A stretch of 64,000 nucleotides of DNA from a virus (taxonomy: Duplodnaviria > Caudoviricetes). The stretch's first letter is position 1, and the number at the start of each line of letters is the position of its first letter. The notes under the pieces were generated by a model. The model saw only the letters and a program-made list of their open reading frames with translations. It was not told the DNA's origin and made no database searches. Of this stretch, positions 50,374 to 59,789 are shown one piece after another. The DNA lies in IMG/VR virus record IMGVR_UViG_3300032324_000909, positions 76,532 to 140,531 of that record; one strand, written 5' to 3'. The translations under genes and the position numbers were made by a program.

Positions 50374-50573
50374 TCTGTATGCGCGCACTTCTATTAAATA
50401 ATAAAATTTTATTTTATAAATTTTTAGTTGTATTTTTCTACTATTGTGGGGATTTCTTAAGCAAGATTAATAATGAATTTTGTTTTTATTACTACCAAAA
50501 ATTCATGCATTTGTCTTTATATTTTGACGATATAGTTGGCCCATATTGGTTTTGGAAAAAAGTTAAGAAATAA
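50370..50573 (+). CDS. hypothetical protein
   Basis: Short aromatic-rich ORF; start uncertain. Confidence 0.4.
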   Translation: MICMRALLLNNKILFYKFLVVFFYYCGDFLSKINNEFCFYYYQKFMHLSLYFDDIVGPYWFWKKVKK

Positions 50574-50690
50574 TTTGACAATATACATAAATAATTTTAT
50601 TATAAGTGTGTAGGCAAATTACTTTGTGTAATAAACTTATACTGGATCCTAGGATCCTTTTATGATCTTTGATAGTATAATCTAATTTAC

Positions 50691-51126
50691 GGGCGCGTAC
50701 TGGTTTCGATTTAATCGTTGAAAACTGTATATGCATGTGGTAGTTGATCAGCTGGCTACCTTAAAAGCTGATCGAAAACATAAATGCAAAAGTTATTACT
50801 AATGCAGTTAATGCAGTCAAGTCAGCGATGACAAATGTTGTAGAATTCTTCTCCGAAGAAGAGTCTTACGCGTTGGCCGCATAAACGCCAAAAGCAGATC
50901 CTACTAAGCTTTTGGAAAATATAGTAGGTTAGAGTAGTATCTACGATACTCGTAAAACAAGCGTAGGGGGTGGATGTAGACTCTTCACTATATCAGGCAG
51001 ACTCTAAAAGATAGGTCGGTAAACCATAGCAGCCTCTAGTCAATCAAATGCTGAATTTACCAAAACATGTGAATGAATATATAGTAATCAATATTAAAGA
51101 CAGGAGTTCGACTCTCCTCGCGTCCA
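50691..51126 (+). ncRNA. ssrA: tmRNA
   Basis: GGGCGCG...TGGTTTCGA 5' end, 3' GGAGTTCGACTCTCCTCGCGTCCA with G3:U70; tag ORF 50786-50884 ending YALAA. Confidence 0.93.
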
Positions 51127-51132
51127 GGTTAC

Positions 51133-51711
51133 TTAACTAAATTTAATTAATTCAATAAATTCACACATTTGTTCATGTGTCATAGAATTTTTAGCATAAT
51201 TTATAGTTCGGCTAACGAATTGGATATTATCTTTTGAGTATGGTTTTAAAGAATCGATTCTATCGACCGATGCCATATAATAAGGTTCTAACGAGTTTGG
51301 GTTGGAAAAAGTTGGGAGAGATAATTTAATTTTGCTATATGCGCATATTCCGTTTTGTGATTCCCATACGTCTTTTAAATCCTGAACACTAATAAAACAT
51401 TCCTTTCTGCCTTTAGTTTTTATTCTATATAACATATATTTAAATTCCCTATCTTCTTTCGGATAATTATCTCCACCTTTATTTAAAACCCCCTTCTCTA
51501 AAAGCTGGTACGCTCTAATTCTAGAAAGCTCATTGAGTTCAGGCGTATGCCTCTTGCAACCGCAAGCCTTAATTCTCCCCCTTCTAAGATCTTGAAAATC
51601 ACAATTTTTTAAATTACCGCAATCACACCTACATTTAACTTTTCTATAGCCAATAACCTCAAGTATTTCCATATTCGCAAACTTTTTTCCAATTTGTTCT
51701 TGTATTTTCAT
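51133..51711 (-). CDS. HNH-like putative homing endonuclease
   Basis: CRCDCG...ACGC N-term; CAYS...SVDRIDS...N......N..KN; sits between tmRNA and tRNAs. Confidence 0.7.
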   Translation of the reverse strand: MKIQEQIGKKFANMEILEVIGYRKVKCRCDCGNLKNCDFQDLRRGRIKACGCKRHTPELNELSRIRAYQLLEKGVLNKGGDNYPKEDREFKYMLYRIKTKGRKECFISVQDLKDVWESQNGICAYSKIKLSLPTFSNPNSLEPYYMASVDRIDSLKPYSKDNIQFVSRTINYAKNSMTHEQMCEFIELIKFS

Positions 51712-51774
51712 GTATAATATATTATACTTTGAAAGTGGAGTTATCTATAAAAACTGATCGACTCCACCATTCAT

Positions 51775-51850
51775 GCCCCTGTAGCTCAGTTGATAGAGCA
51801 CGAGTTTTGTAAACTTGAGGTCGTCGGTTTGATCCCGACCGGGGGCTCCA
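51775..51850 (+). tRNA. tRNA-Thr(TGT)
   Basis: Cloverleaf, anticodon TGT, CCA. Confidence 0.92.
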
Positions 51851-51856
51851 ATTTTT

Positions 51857-51941
51857 GGGTAGATCGTATAGCGGCAATTACAGCGGACTGTAAATCCGCT
51901 CTCATTAGATTTCGAAGGTTCGAGTCCTTCTCTGCCCACCA
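51857..51941 (+). tRNA. tRNA-Tyr(GTA)
   Basis: GCGGA-CTGTAAA-TCCGC, CCA. Confidence 0.95.
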
Positions 51942-51950
51942 AATTTTCTC

Positions 51951-52023
51951 AGGACTATAACTCAGTTGGTAGAGTGGCATGTTGATAACGTGTTTGTCGT
52001 AGGTTCGATCCCTACTAGTCCTA
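51951..52023 (+). tRNA. tRNA-Ile(GAT)
   Basis: AGGACTA/TAGTCCT, anticodon GAT. Confidence 0.92.
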
Positions 52024-52032
52024 AATATTAAT

Positions 52033-52120
52033 GGAAGTAGCCCGGTTGGTCGAGGACACTGTCTTGAAAACAGCTGAGGTATTAAAGCCTTCGTAGGTTC
52101 GAATCCTACTGCTTCCGCCA
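52033..52120 (+). tRNA. tRNA-Ser(TGA)
   Basis: Long V-arm, anticodon TGA, G73, CCA. Confidence 0.95.
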
Positions 52121-52141
52121 TTTTTTAGTGTAATAAATATT

Positions 52142-52315
52142 ATGTTAGATCCTTTTTTATCTGCGTGTTGGGGATTTATACTAATACCGTTTGTATTATT
52201 ATTTGGTTTGTATAAAATATTCACGTTTTTTTGTAAAGCTATTTATGCCATTCTTTGCTTGACTGTACTTGCAATAATTGCTACTATAATAGCATGGTTT
52301 GCTATCAATCACTAA
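52142..52315 (+). CDS. small membrane protein (not in ORF track)
   Basis: 57 aa hydrophobic; GTGTAATA motif upstream. Confidence 0.5.
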   Translation: MLDPFLSACWGFILIPFVLLFGLYKIFTFFCKAIYAILCLTVLAIIATIIAWFAINH

Positions 52316-52374
52316 CAGTTAACAATACCCCTACAATAAAAAGGGTAACTCATAATTAATCAATGTAATTATAT

Positions 52375-52614
52375 ATGAACGACTCAATGAATATCTTTTT
52401 AGAAAAGAGAAGGAAAAATGCCGCCAGCTGGATGATAGATTTACCATCTGGAGAAAATGATACTAAGATTGAAATGGCAATTATCAACTGTTTTCAACAG
52501 GGCAAAACCAGAAAACAAGTAGTTAATTTTTTACTAACCGCTTTTTCTCGTGAGATAGATGAACATATTGAATGGCATGATTATTTGAATATCGATTGTT
52601 TTACTAAAATATAA
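52375..52614 (+). CDS. hypothetical protein
   Basis: 79 aa. Confidence 0.6.
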   Translation: MNDSMNIFLEKRRKNAASWMIDLPSGENDTKIEMAIINCFQQGKTRKQVVNFLLTAFSREIDEHIEWHDYLNIDCFTKI

Positions 52615-52615
52615 T

Positions 52616-52849
52616 ATGACAACCATAGGCGATACTTATTTATTAGAAATATTGGAACCAGACACAACCGCTTGGAAGGATTGTGGAATGAGAAGTAGGT
52701 TCAAAACGCTTGAAGAGGCAAAAAAAGAATTAGAATCTACTGTTAACTATTTTAACAATAAATATAAATTCAGAATAAACCACATTACATGTAGTGAAGA
52801 AATTGCTTTTGAAATAAATGGTATACAAAACCTTTTAAATATGGGGTAA
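52616..52849 (+). CDS. hypothetical protein
   Basis: 77 aa, TAATATG coupling. Confidence 0.6.
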   Translation: MTTIGDTYLLEILEPDTTAWKDCGMRSRFKTLEEAKKELESTVNYFNNKYKFRINHITCSEEIAFEINGIQNLLNMG

Positions 52850-52882
52850 AAAATCATTTTTTACGCATTAAAATAAAGTTAC

Positions 52883-52890
52883 GTGTAATA
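52883..52890 (+). promoter_or_regulatory. putative late-promoter motif GTGTAATA
   Basis: 8 nt upstream of ATG 52899. Confidence 0.55.
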
Positions 52891-52898
52891 TACTAAGT

Positions 52899-54023
52899 AT
52901 GTCCATCGTAACTGCAAAAAAAACACAAATAATTAGTGTTTCGAGTATTACAAATACTCAAAGCTCAAGGCTTTATAGTTATAACAGTCCTTCGACCATA
53001 ATAACATTTAATGCATTTACAAGTAATGCGGCTATAACTATTAACTATACAGTTATTAGTAGTAATGGCGGGGTAGCGACAGTTGCTCAGGGCACTGGTA
53101 ATCGTGCTAACTTGGTTGATATTACCGTTACAACGCCGGGTGATTTTATTTTAACAGGAAGCAATAGCGGCAGTAATGTTTGGACAGCGGCAACTAAATC
53201 TATTCAATTTGTTTGCAAAAGACAGCAGACTATTTCAGCAACACTTAACTTGGGGCCTTACACTTGTGGCACCACAACTACATTATCGGCTGGCACGGCA
53301 ACTTCTGGTCTACCAGTTACAATAACTGTTACAAATGGTACTGGACAGGCAACTATTAACTCTGCAACGCGTTTATTGAGTTTGCTAAAAATAGGAACAA
53401 TAAAAATTAATTATACTCAAGGTGGTAATAATCAATTTCATGCAGCACCTACAAGTACATCTACCAATATCACAATAGCACCTCCCGCAACAATAACTAG
53501 AACTTTTACATTACAGTACCAAACCGGAGGAACAACAGCATTTAAAACATTTGACCTAGCCGCACAGATTAAAAATCAATTTGCAGAATTTAGAAATGCT
53601 AATTTAACAGACTTTAGACCAGAACCAACCCAAGTTGGGTTTATTAAATTAGGTTACGTTGTAGATAAGTGTACTGGTAGAAGACCATTTATTACATGTA
53701 CTCCGTCAGTACAATTAGCCCCACAGCAAGCTAGTACTGTTAATATTGAATATCCAAGCGCCGCTTACTTGGGGTCAACAAGTTTGTCTAACGCTTATAA
53801 GGTTAATTTATATTTAAGAGACAACCCTAATGTTGGAGAAACTGAAAGATTTGCTCTTTTAAACTCGCAGGGCCAATTCTCTTCATATCGTATAGCTAAA
53901 CCAGTTTACGTTAGCTCATTTAATAGTCTTGGAATTGAGGGCGTTATTTGGAGACTTAGATGTGTAAATGCAAGTAACTGTAATCAGGTAATTATTTTCA
54001 ACGTTAAAGTAAATTATATATAA
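52899..54023 (+). CDS. Thr-rich Ig-like-domain virion protein
   Basis: QTI...ATSGLPVT...GTIKINYTQGGN..FHAA beta-sandwich pattern. Confidence 0.65.
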   Translation: MSIVTAKKTQIISVSSITNTQSSRLYSYNSPSTIITFNAFTSNAAITINYTVISSNGGVATVAQGTGNRANLVDITVTTPGDFILTGSNSGSNVWTAATKSIQFVCKRQQTISATLNLGPYTCGTTTTLSAGTATSGLPVTITVTNGTGQATINSATRLLSLLKIGTIKINYTQGGNNQFHAAPTSTSTNITIAPPATITRTFTLQYQTGGTTAFKTFDLAAQIKNQFAEFRNANLTDFRPEPTQVGFIKLGYVVDKCTGRRPFITCTPSVQLAPQQASTVNIEYPSAAYLGSTSLSNAYKVNLYLRDNPNVGETERFALLNSQGQFSSYRIAKPVYVSSFNSLGIEGVIWRLRCVNASNCNQVIIFNVKVNYI

Positions 54024-54028
54024 ATAAT

Positions 54029-54508
54029 ATGAGTACAAATGCCGCCCCATGTTTATGTTGCGAGGCACAAGGATATAGATCACCTTGTGAATGCGACGAG
54101 CAATATAGATTCCAAACCACTGCTCAGGACGGCAGTACTATAGAGTGCTGTCCCCCATTAGGAAATGTTACTACTTATTTGGTTTATAAAGTTGGTGGAA
54201 TTTCTTTTACTAGACCCCCAGAGGGCACACAGGCGACTTTTTGCGTAGGCTGTGATTGGCAATATCTTGGAACAATTAATGGACCGGGGGACTCGGTTCT
54301 AGGTATTTGTTCTGGTGGTTTATCATATTCAAGTGTTGAAATGGCAGCTGTAGACACAAATGGTATAACCTATTCTTATAGGGGAATTACGGGTAGTAGT
54401 TCATTAACATTAACCTATGCAGACTGTACAGGACGTAGGTTTGATACTCTGTTAGATGGATCTTGCGGTTGGGGGCCGTCAGTTTGGCCGCTACCTAGTG
54501 GCGTATAA
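54029..54508 (+). CDS. Cys-rich protein
   Basis: CLCC, CEC, CC; module shared with 57675..59066. Confidence 0.65.
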   Translation: MSTNAAPCLCCEAQGYRSPCECDEQYRFQTTAQDGSTIECCPPLGNVTTYLVYKVGGISFTRPPEGTQATFCVGCDWQYLGTINGPGDSVLGICSGGLSYSSVEMAAVDTNGITYSYRGITGSSSLTLTYADCTGRRFDTLLDGSCGWGPSVWPLPSGV

Positions 54509-54589
54509 TACTTGTATTTTTTTAAATTAAAAATATTACAGATTTATAAAAATAAGTGTAATTGTATTTAACAATCATTATTAAAGATT

Positions 54590-55147
54590 ATGCCAAATTT
54601 AAAACCATTTCGTAACTATAGCGAGCACGACGTAATAAACTTGTATTCTTATTCCGGACAGGCCCCAGCAACCAAGGGCACTTTAGTTACACCAGTATAT
54701 ACTTGGAAAAATACTGACGGTGGCGTATCACAATTGCCAACAAACCTTTCAAGTGTGGCAAATGCTGTATCAGCCAGATTTGATGTTGTCGCAGAGGTAA
54801 CTGCTACACCAACTTACAATACAGTTCCAGCACCTTTTGGTGTTATCTTAAAAGACGTAAGAGAAGTTGATGAAAATGGTGAGTATCTTATCTATAACCC
54901 AAGAAAACTTGCTGAAATGGATGCCGTGTTACCAAACCAAGCAGTGCCAATTTTAACAAAGGGTATTATTTTCGTAAATGATTTTGATTTAACTGATCGT
55001 GGTGCTGGTGGCGGATTACCAGATGTTGGTGATGCCGCTTACGCAGGTGATGACGGTAAAATTGCTACCGATGGAATTGTTGTAGTGGGTAAGTTTTTAA
55101 GTGCTGTAGACACAGAAGGTTACGCTCTTGTAAAAATTGACCTATAA
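54590..55147 (+). CDS. putative capsid decoration/cement-like protein
   Basis: PFRNYSEHDVINLY, DENGE, C-terminal VGKFLS..D..GYALVKIDL. Confidence 0.5.
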   Translation: MPNLKPFRNYSEHDVINLYSYSGQAPATKGTLVTPVYTWKNTDGGVSQLPTNLSSVANAVSARFDVVAEVTATPTYNTVPAPFGVILKDVREVDENGEYLIYNPRKLAEMDAVLPNQAVPILTKGIIFVNDFDLTDRGAGGGLPDVGDAAYAGDDGKIATDGIVVVGKFLSAVDTEGYALVKIDL

Positions 55148-55289
55148 TTATTAATTTATATTTAGTAATTAATGATGCGTTTTAAACTATAAGGGCACCA
55201 TTTAATGGTATAGGCATTAAAGAATTAATGTTCCGTCTATACGCATAATAAAAATAGAAAACTAAATCGATCATAATATGCTACACTTA

Positions 55290-55298
55290 GTGTAAATA
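55290..55298 (+). promoter_or_regulatory. putative late-promoter motif GTGTAAATA
   Basis: 5 nt upstream of ATG 55304; part of TACAC-TTA-GTGTA inverted repeat. Confidence 0.55.
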
Positions 55299-55303
55299 CT
55301 CTT

Positions 55304-56572
55304 ATGATTAAAATTTCATCAGTAGATAAGGTAGAGGGACACGAAATTTCCCAAATTAGGGGTCTACAAACTGCACTAAACTTAAAACAAGAGACTGGAA
55401 ATTATTCAACCTTAGTAAATGGTGTAATTCCATCATCCCAACTTCCTAGTTACGTAGATGAGATATTAGAATACTCAAATTTTGAAAATTTTCCCACTAC
55501 TGGCCAAAATGGAAAAATCTATTTAGCAATAGGTACTCGTAAGAGATACCGCTGGTCGGGAAGTATGTATATAGAAATACCTATTTCCGCAGTAGATAGC
55601 GTCGCCGGAAAGGTTGGTTTCGTTACACTAGTTATTCCAGATGTTACAGGATTACAGTCGGCTTTAGACGCGAAGCAAGTTGCGGGTAACTACGCAAATG
55701 CTACGCACAATCATGCGATTTCAGACGTTACAGCATTGCAGTCTGCGCTGGACGCGAAGCAAGTTGCGGGTAACTACGCAAATGCTACACATAGTCACGA
55801 AATCTCAGGTGTTAATGGCTTACAATCGGCACTGAGTGGGAAACAAGCGTTGGGTAATTATTCGTTAGTTGGTCATAGGCATAATGCTTCAGATATTAGT
55901 GGTATAAACCTAGACCTATGTAATTTCTCTGGGATAGACACTGTTATTAGTGGCGATTGTGATTGTGATTTGGCCCGTGCTATTGATACTAGAGTTTCAA
56001 ATCACTTAGTAGAGTTATTTAATAGTTTTGACCCATGTACTATTTCTAACCCAAGTGGGCCAAATGTTTCGGCGGGCTATACTGGCGATTTATGTGATCA
56101 TCCGGGCTTAGACAAAAGTTATAATGGTATGGCAAATTATAATCAAAAGCTTTTAGCCGCATTTGATTGTACTAGCTATGATCCAAATAACCCAAATAGC
56201 CCTAATGGTCAAGCTTGTGAATATTCTATAAAAGTAGAAAATAAAATAAATGCATATATAGCGGCATCTATTTCTGAGGGGGTAGCTAACTGTGTTTCCG
56301 ACCAAACCAAATTAGGTCAATTAAGAAGTGGAATACGTGCTTACGTAAGTGGGGCCGTATCTATACCCAATCCTTGCGATATTTTAAGCCTAGTGCCAGC
56401 ACAAATACAACTTAATGGTCCAGCTAATGTTTGTGGTTTTAATTTATGTACAGTTATAAATGACGTTATAAATAGTACCACTGTTTCCCAAAGTTGTATA
56501 GACTGGTGTTTAGTTTTAGATAAAATTATTTCCGCTGGTTGTACTAGTGGCACTATAAATAATCTTTTTTAA
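55304..56572 (+). CDS. tail fibre-like protein, N-terminal part (His-containing tail repeats + Cys-rich region)
   Basis: IPSSQLPSYVDEI, VDSVAGKVG, H.H.ISDV..LQSALD.KQ repeats. Confidence 0.75.
   Translation: MIKISSVDKVEGHEISQIRGLQTALNLKQETGNYSTLVNGVIPSSQLPSYVDEILEYSNFENFPTTGQNGKIYLAIGTRKRYRWSGSMYIEIPISAVDSVAGKVGFVTLVIPDVTGLQSALDAKQVAGNYANATHNHAISDVTALQSALDAKQVAGNYANATHSHEISGVNGLQSALSGKQALGNYSLVGHRHNASDISGINLDLCNFSGIDTVISGDCDCDLARAIDTRVSNHLVELFNSFDPCTISNPSGPNVSAGYTGDLCDHPGLDKSYNGMANYNQKLLAAFDCTSYDPNNPNSPNGQACEYSIKVENKINAYIAASISEGVANCVSDQTKLGQLRSGIRAYVSGAVSIPNPCDILSLVPAQIQLNGPANVCGFNLCTVINDVINSTTVSQSCIDWCLVLDKIISAGCTSGTINNLF
55667..55788 (+). repeat. 84-bp-period repeat encoding tail-fibre units
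   Basis: GACGCGAAGCAAGTTGCGGGTAACTACGCAAATGCTAC at 55667 and 55751. Confidence 0.9.
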
Positions 56573-57664
56573 AAATTTATAGATCAAAACGGCAATGCCC
56601 AAACTACCCAAATTAAGGATGCAATTGTAGAATTCGTAGGAAAAAATGATAAGGACTTGTTTGCTAAAATTATTAAACCAAATGGCGATACAAAACCTGA
56701 AATCAAAGATTCGATTATAGAATTTATTGATAGAAATAAAAATGATATTGTATTTAAAATAATAGATGCAAATGGTACTGTTACCCAAGAAATAAAAGAT
56801 CGTTTAGAGAAGTATGTAAAACAAAATAGGGATGGTATATTCAATCAAATAATTTCTGCTACAGGGGAAACAAGTACCCAAATTAAGGACTCAATTGTGG
56901 AATTCATTGACGACAACCAAGACCAAATTTTGTCGCCAATGTTTGCTACTAGCCTTACAAATTTAAACCCTCCATTATATCAGAAGATTGGGGATAAAAG
57001 AGACAACATTTTTGAAAAGTTTATCGACCAAGCTGGTACAACTAGCAATTTGATCAAGAATTCTATCAAGGCGTTTGTGGGCGCAAACGGCCCCCAGATT
57101 TTAAATCAAGTATTCTACACTAGTGATACTGGCAATATAATAAATGGGGGCTCATTAGAAGTTTTAGCACGAGTAGTTATGGCAGCAGCTCTTCCCATGT
57201 TAAGAGTGAATACACTGTTTTCAAATACCATAGCTATAGTACCTAATTTAGATAATATTACCGCATTAAATGCACAGAGCATAGCGACAGCTGCAAAACT
57301 TTTAATAGCAGAAACAGGAATAAAAATTTTAAACGCCTTTCAATTCAAGGGGGAATATGGGGCGGAAGGGTTAAAATTCTCAGGCCCAACTCAACACGAA
57401 GCGGAAATGAGCAGTTCTGGCTTACGATTTAAGCTTAACTCTGATAAAGTAGAAATTGGACATGATGCTCTACGTGTAACAAATTCTACTGGCAATGTAT
57501 CGATAGCTCCACAGGTGTTACATATGACGGGAGGTGGGGGAGAAATTATAATGGATGTCGCGGCTCTGGGGGGTAGGACGGCCAGATTTAGACCACTAAG
57601 GATATGTACAGGTGGACAAACTGAAACTGTATATGTTTTAATGGCGACCTCTTCATCAAACTAA
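56573..57664 (+). CDS. in-frame continuation of fibre gene after TAA (helical ~29-aa repeats, beta-rich tip)
   Basis: Same frame as 55304, open from 56573; repeats F.KII..NG.....IKD.I.EF. Confidence 0.65.
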   Translation, partial: KFIDQNGNAQTTQIKDAIVEFVGKNDKDLFAKIIKPNGDTKPEIKDSIIEFIDRNKNDIVFKIIDANGTVTQEIKDRLEKYVKQNRDGIFNQIISATGETSTQIKDSIVEFIDDNQDQILSPMFATSLTNLNPPLYQKIGDKRDNIFEKFIDQAGTTSNLIKNSIKAFVGANGPQILNQVFYTSDTGNIINGGSLEVLARVVMAAALPMLRVNTLFSNTIAIVPNLDNITALNAQSIATAAKLLIAETGIKILNAFQFKGEYGAEGLKFSGPTQHEAEMSSSGLRFKLNSDKVEIGHDALRVTNSTGNVSIAPQVLHMTGGGGEIIMDVAALGGRTARFRPLRICTGGQTETVYVLMATSSSN

Positions 57665-57674
57665 TTTAATCAAA

Positions 57675-59066
57675 ATGAGTGTACTTGACACCGCTACATT
57701 AATAAGCCTTTTGCGCGAAAAAGTAGCACAATATGATCAGGAGGCGGCATTAATTTATAATGGCGCACAGTTTACAACAATTCCCCCATTTAGCGGAACA
57801 GGATGTGACACGTGTCAAAATGACGAAAACTGTTTAACCTGTTTAGAATCTAACGGCTCTCCTTGTTATGAGCAAGACGAAATGTGTCCAATATCAATAT
57901 ATAAAACAGCTAGCATTTCATATACGACTGGCGTAAGCGGAATTCGTACTTATTACGCCTCTGGCTGTAATTGGGAGTTGGTTGGACAGATAACAAAGCC
58001 AGTTCGTAAGGGTGTTACGCTTAGTGGTCCCGGTTATTTTTCTCTTTCTGATAATTTTTATGATCTTAACATTCTATCGCGCGCAAATGATGCTCAAATT
58101 GCCGCCAACCCCAGTGAACCCCCAAAGCCACAAATAGCATTTAGTTGGAACAAATACCCAATTATTCCCATTACTTCAGTAGGAAATGAGGGGCTAATTG
58201 GCAGTTTTGAAGCATTGGGAACGGCAAATTATACGCCACCTCCCGACATTAATGGTGTTCAAGCTTATCCGGAGTTCTGGAATACAACATATTCTTTTTT
58301 GAGCATGTCAAGTACTCCAAACTTACCTAAATTTGACAAGCCAATGATGCGCTCAAAAGAGTTCACAAAAATAACTTGTGGCGGCGGAGAAACATTTTCC
58401 CACGTAGAAGGAGTCGCTATTGATAGAAACGGTCAGATAGTTTCTTACAAACGCTGTACAATTGATGAACCCCAAAGAATAGGTGGAATACTTGAACACG
58501 CTTTTGTTACATTTGATTATTCGGATTGTTATGATAGGGTATTTAGTACCGAACCTTCGGGACAATTCTGCTGTCAAGAAAACTGGAGCGAATGGACTGA
58601 ATGGACACCTTCTTGTGAACAGGTATGTTATGGTGAAGCTTTCACCCAGAGACGTGAGCGTACCGACTTGAGTGGATGCTCCCCACTGCAAGAAGAATAC
58701 GTATCAGCAAATGGATGTAAAACAGGAATCTCGTATCCAGTCAGCGTTTATAGAAATGGTGGATATGCAGGAAGTCCGGGCTATCAAGCGACGTTTGCTG
58801 GATGCGATCCAGTACTCGTTGGTACTTTAGAGGGGCCAGATGATACTATTACAGTATCTTGGCCCGCCCAACCCGTAGCATTTTCCGTAACCCGTTCCAG
58901 TGTTGAAGCTCTGGCCATTGATAACTGCGGTAATAGAGTTTATTCTAACAACAAACTACTAGAAGGCCAAGAGGCCGCAGCTGGCGCCTCGCTAGTAATT
59001 AATGGTGCGTCCCTAACTATGAATGCACCATTACAGTGCGGTGGTATTTGGTGTCCATGCCCCTAA
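57675..59066 (+). CDS. Cys-rich protein with thrombospondin type-1-like motif
   Basis: WSEWTEWTPSCEQVCYGEAFTQRRERTDLSGC. Confidence 0.65.
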   Translation: MSVLDTATLISLLREKVAQYDQEAALIYNGAQFTTIPPFSGTGCDTCQNDENCLTCLESNGSPCYEQDEMCPISIYKTASISYTTGVSGIRTYYASGCNWELVGQITKPVRKGVTLSGPGYFSLSDNFYDLNILSRANDAQIAANPSEPPKPQIAFSWNKYPIIPITSVGNEGLIGSFEALGTANYTPPPDINGVQAYPEFWNTTYSFLSMSSTPNLPKFDKPMMRSKEFTKITCGGGETFSHVEGVAIDRNGQIVSYKRCTIDEPQRIGGILEHAFVTFDYSDCYDRVFSTEPSGQFCCQENWSEWTEWTPSCEQVCYGEAFTQRRERTDLSGCSPLQEEYVSANGCKTGISYPVSVYRNGGYAGSPGYQATFAGCDPVLVGTLEGPDDTITVSWPAQPVAFSVTRSSVEALAIDNCGNRVYSNNKLLEGQEAAAGASLVINGASLTMNAPLQCGGIWCPCP

Positions 59067-59134
59067 TACATTATTATAACAACCTAATGTAAACAGTTAG
59101 GTATCGGGAACCCTTCCCCTTAATAAGTAATTAC

Positions 59135-59779
59135 CTATGCTGTATTTAAATCTACGCTAAAGACGGTTGGAAGTGGAGGAACAAGGGGTTGTAGATATGG
59201 AACCCCGACTGGGCCTGGACAGTTATTTATAGGCTGTATTTGGAATGGTTGGAGATTTAATCGCCAATCGCCACCAACTGATTTTATTGTACATTGACAA
59301 GTTTGATCACAGTTTTGCTTACGTATGAGTACAATTGGTATTTCAATATTTGTATTACCAATATCCCTATGTGTTCTACGATTACAAAGATCAAATTCAT
59401 TTGGCACTCCATTCTGTTGTGGTCTAGGTGGCCATTCACTAGGCCTTCTTCGAAGGTCATACAACATATTGGCTTTTGTTTGTCTTACAATACTCCCCAT
59501 TGCCCAATCCGTCGCCCAAGTCTTAAAAAGTAACAGGTTTTGATTGTTACCACCACAACATGGTGGTATAATGTTATCTAGTGGCGACCAATTGTTCACT
59601 CGCGGGAAAACGCTAGAAAATGGTACATCCACATATAGTTCCCATTGATAAGACCAAATTAGACCATCTTTAACAAGATTTCTTTTCCATCCGTATACCA
59701 TATCCATTTCCCATTGGAGATTTACTATTATACGGTATGGGGTACTATAAATTCCAGCAGGAAGAAGGGTTATATTCAT
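59135..59779 (-). CDS. hypothetical Pro/Cys-containing protein, putative late
   Basis: 214 aa; GTGTAATA motif at 59816 (minus). Confidence 0.65.
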   Translation of the reverse strand: MNITLLPAGIYSTPYRIIVNLQWEMDMVYGWKRNLVKDGLIWSYQWELYVDVPFSSVFPRVNNWSPLDNIIPPCCGGNNQNLLLFKTWATDWAMGSIVRQTKANMLYDLRRRPSEWPPRPQQNGVPNEFDLCNRRTHRDIGNTNIEIPIVLIRKQNCDQTCQCTIKSVGGDWRLNLQPFQIQPINNCPGPVGVPYLQPLVPPLPTVFSVDLNTA

Positions 59780-59789
59780 AAGTGCTTTA

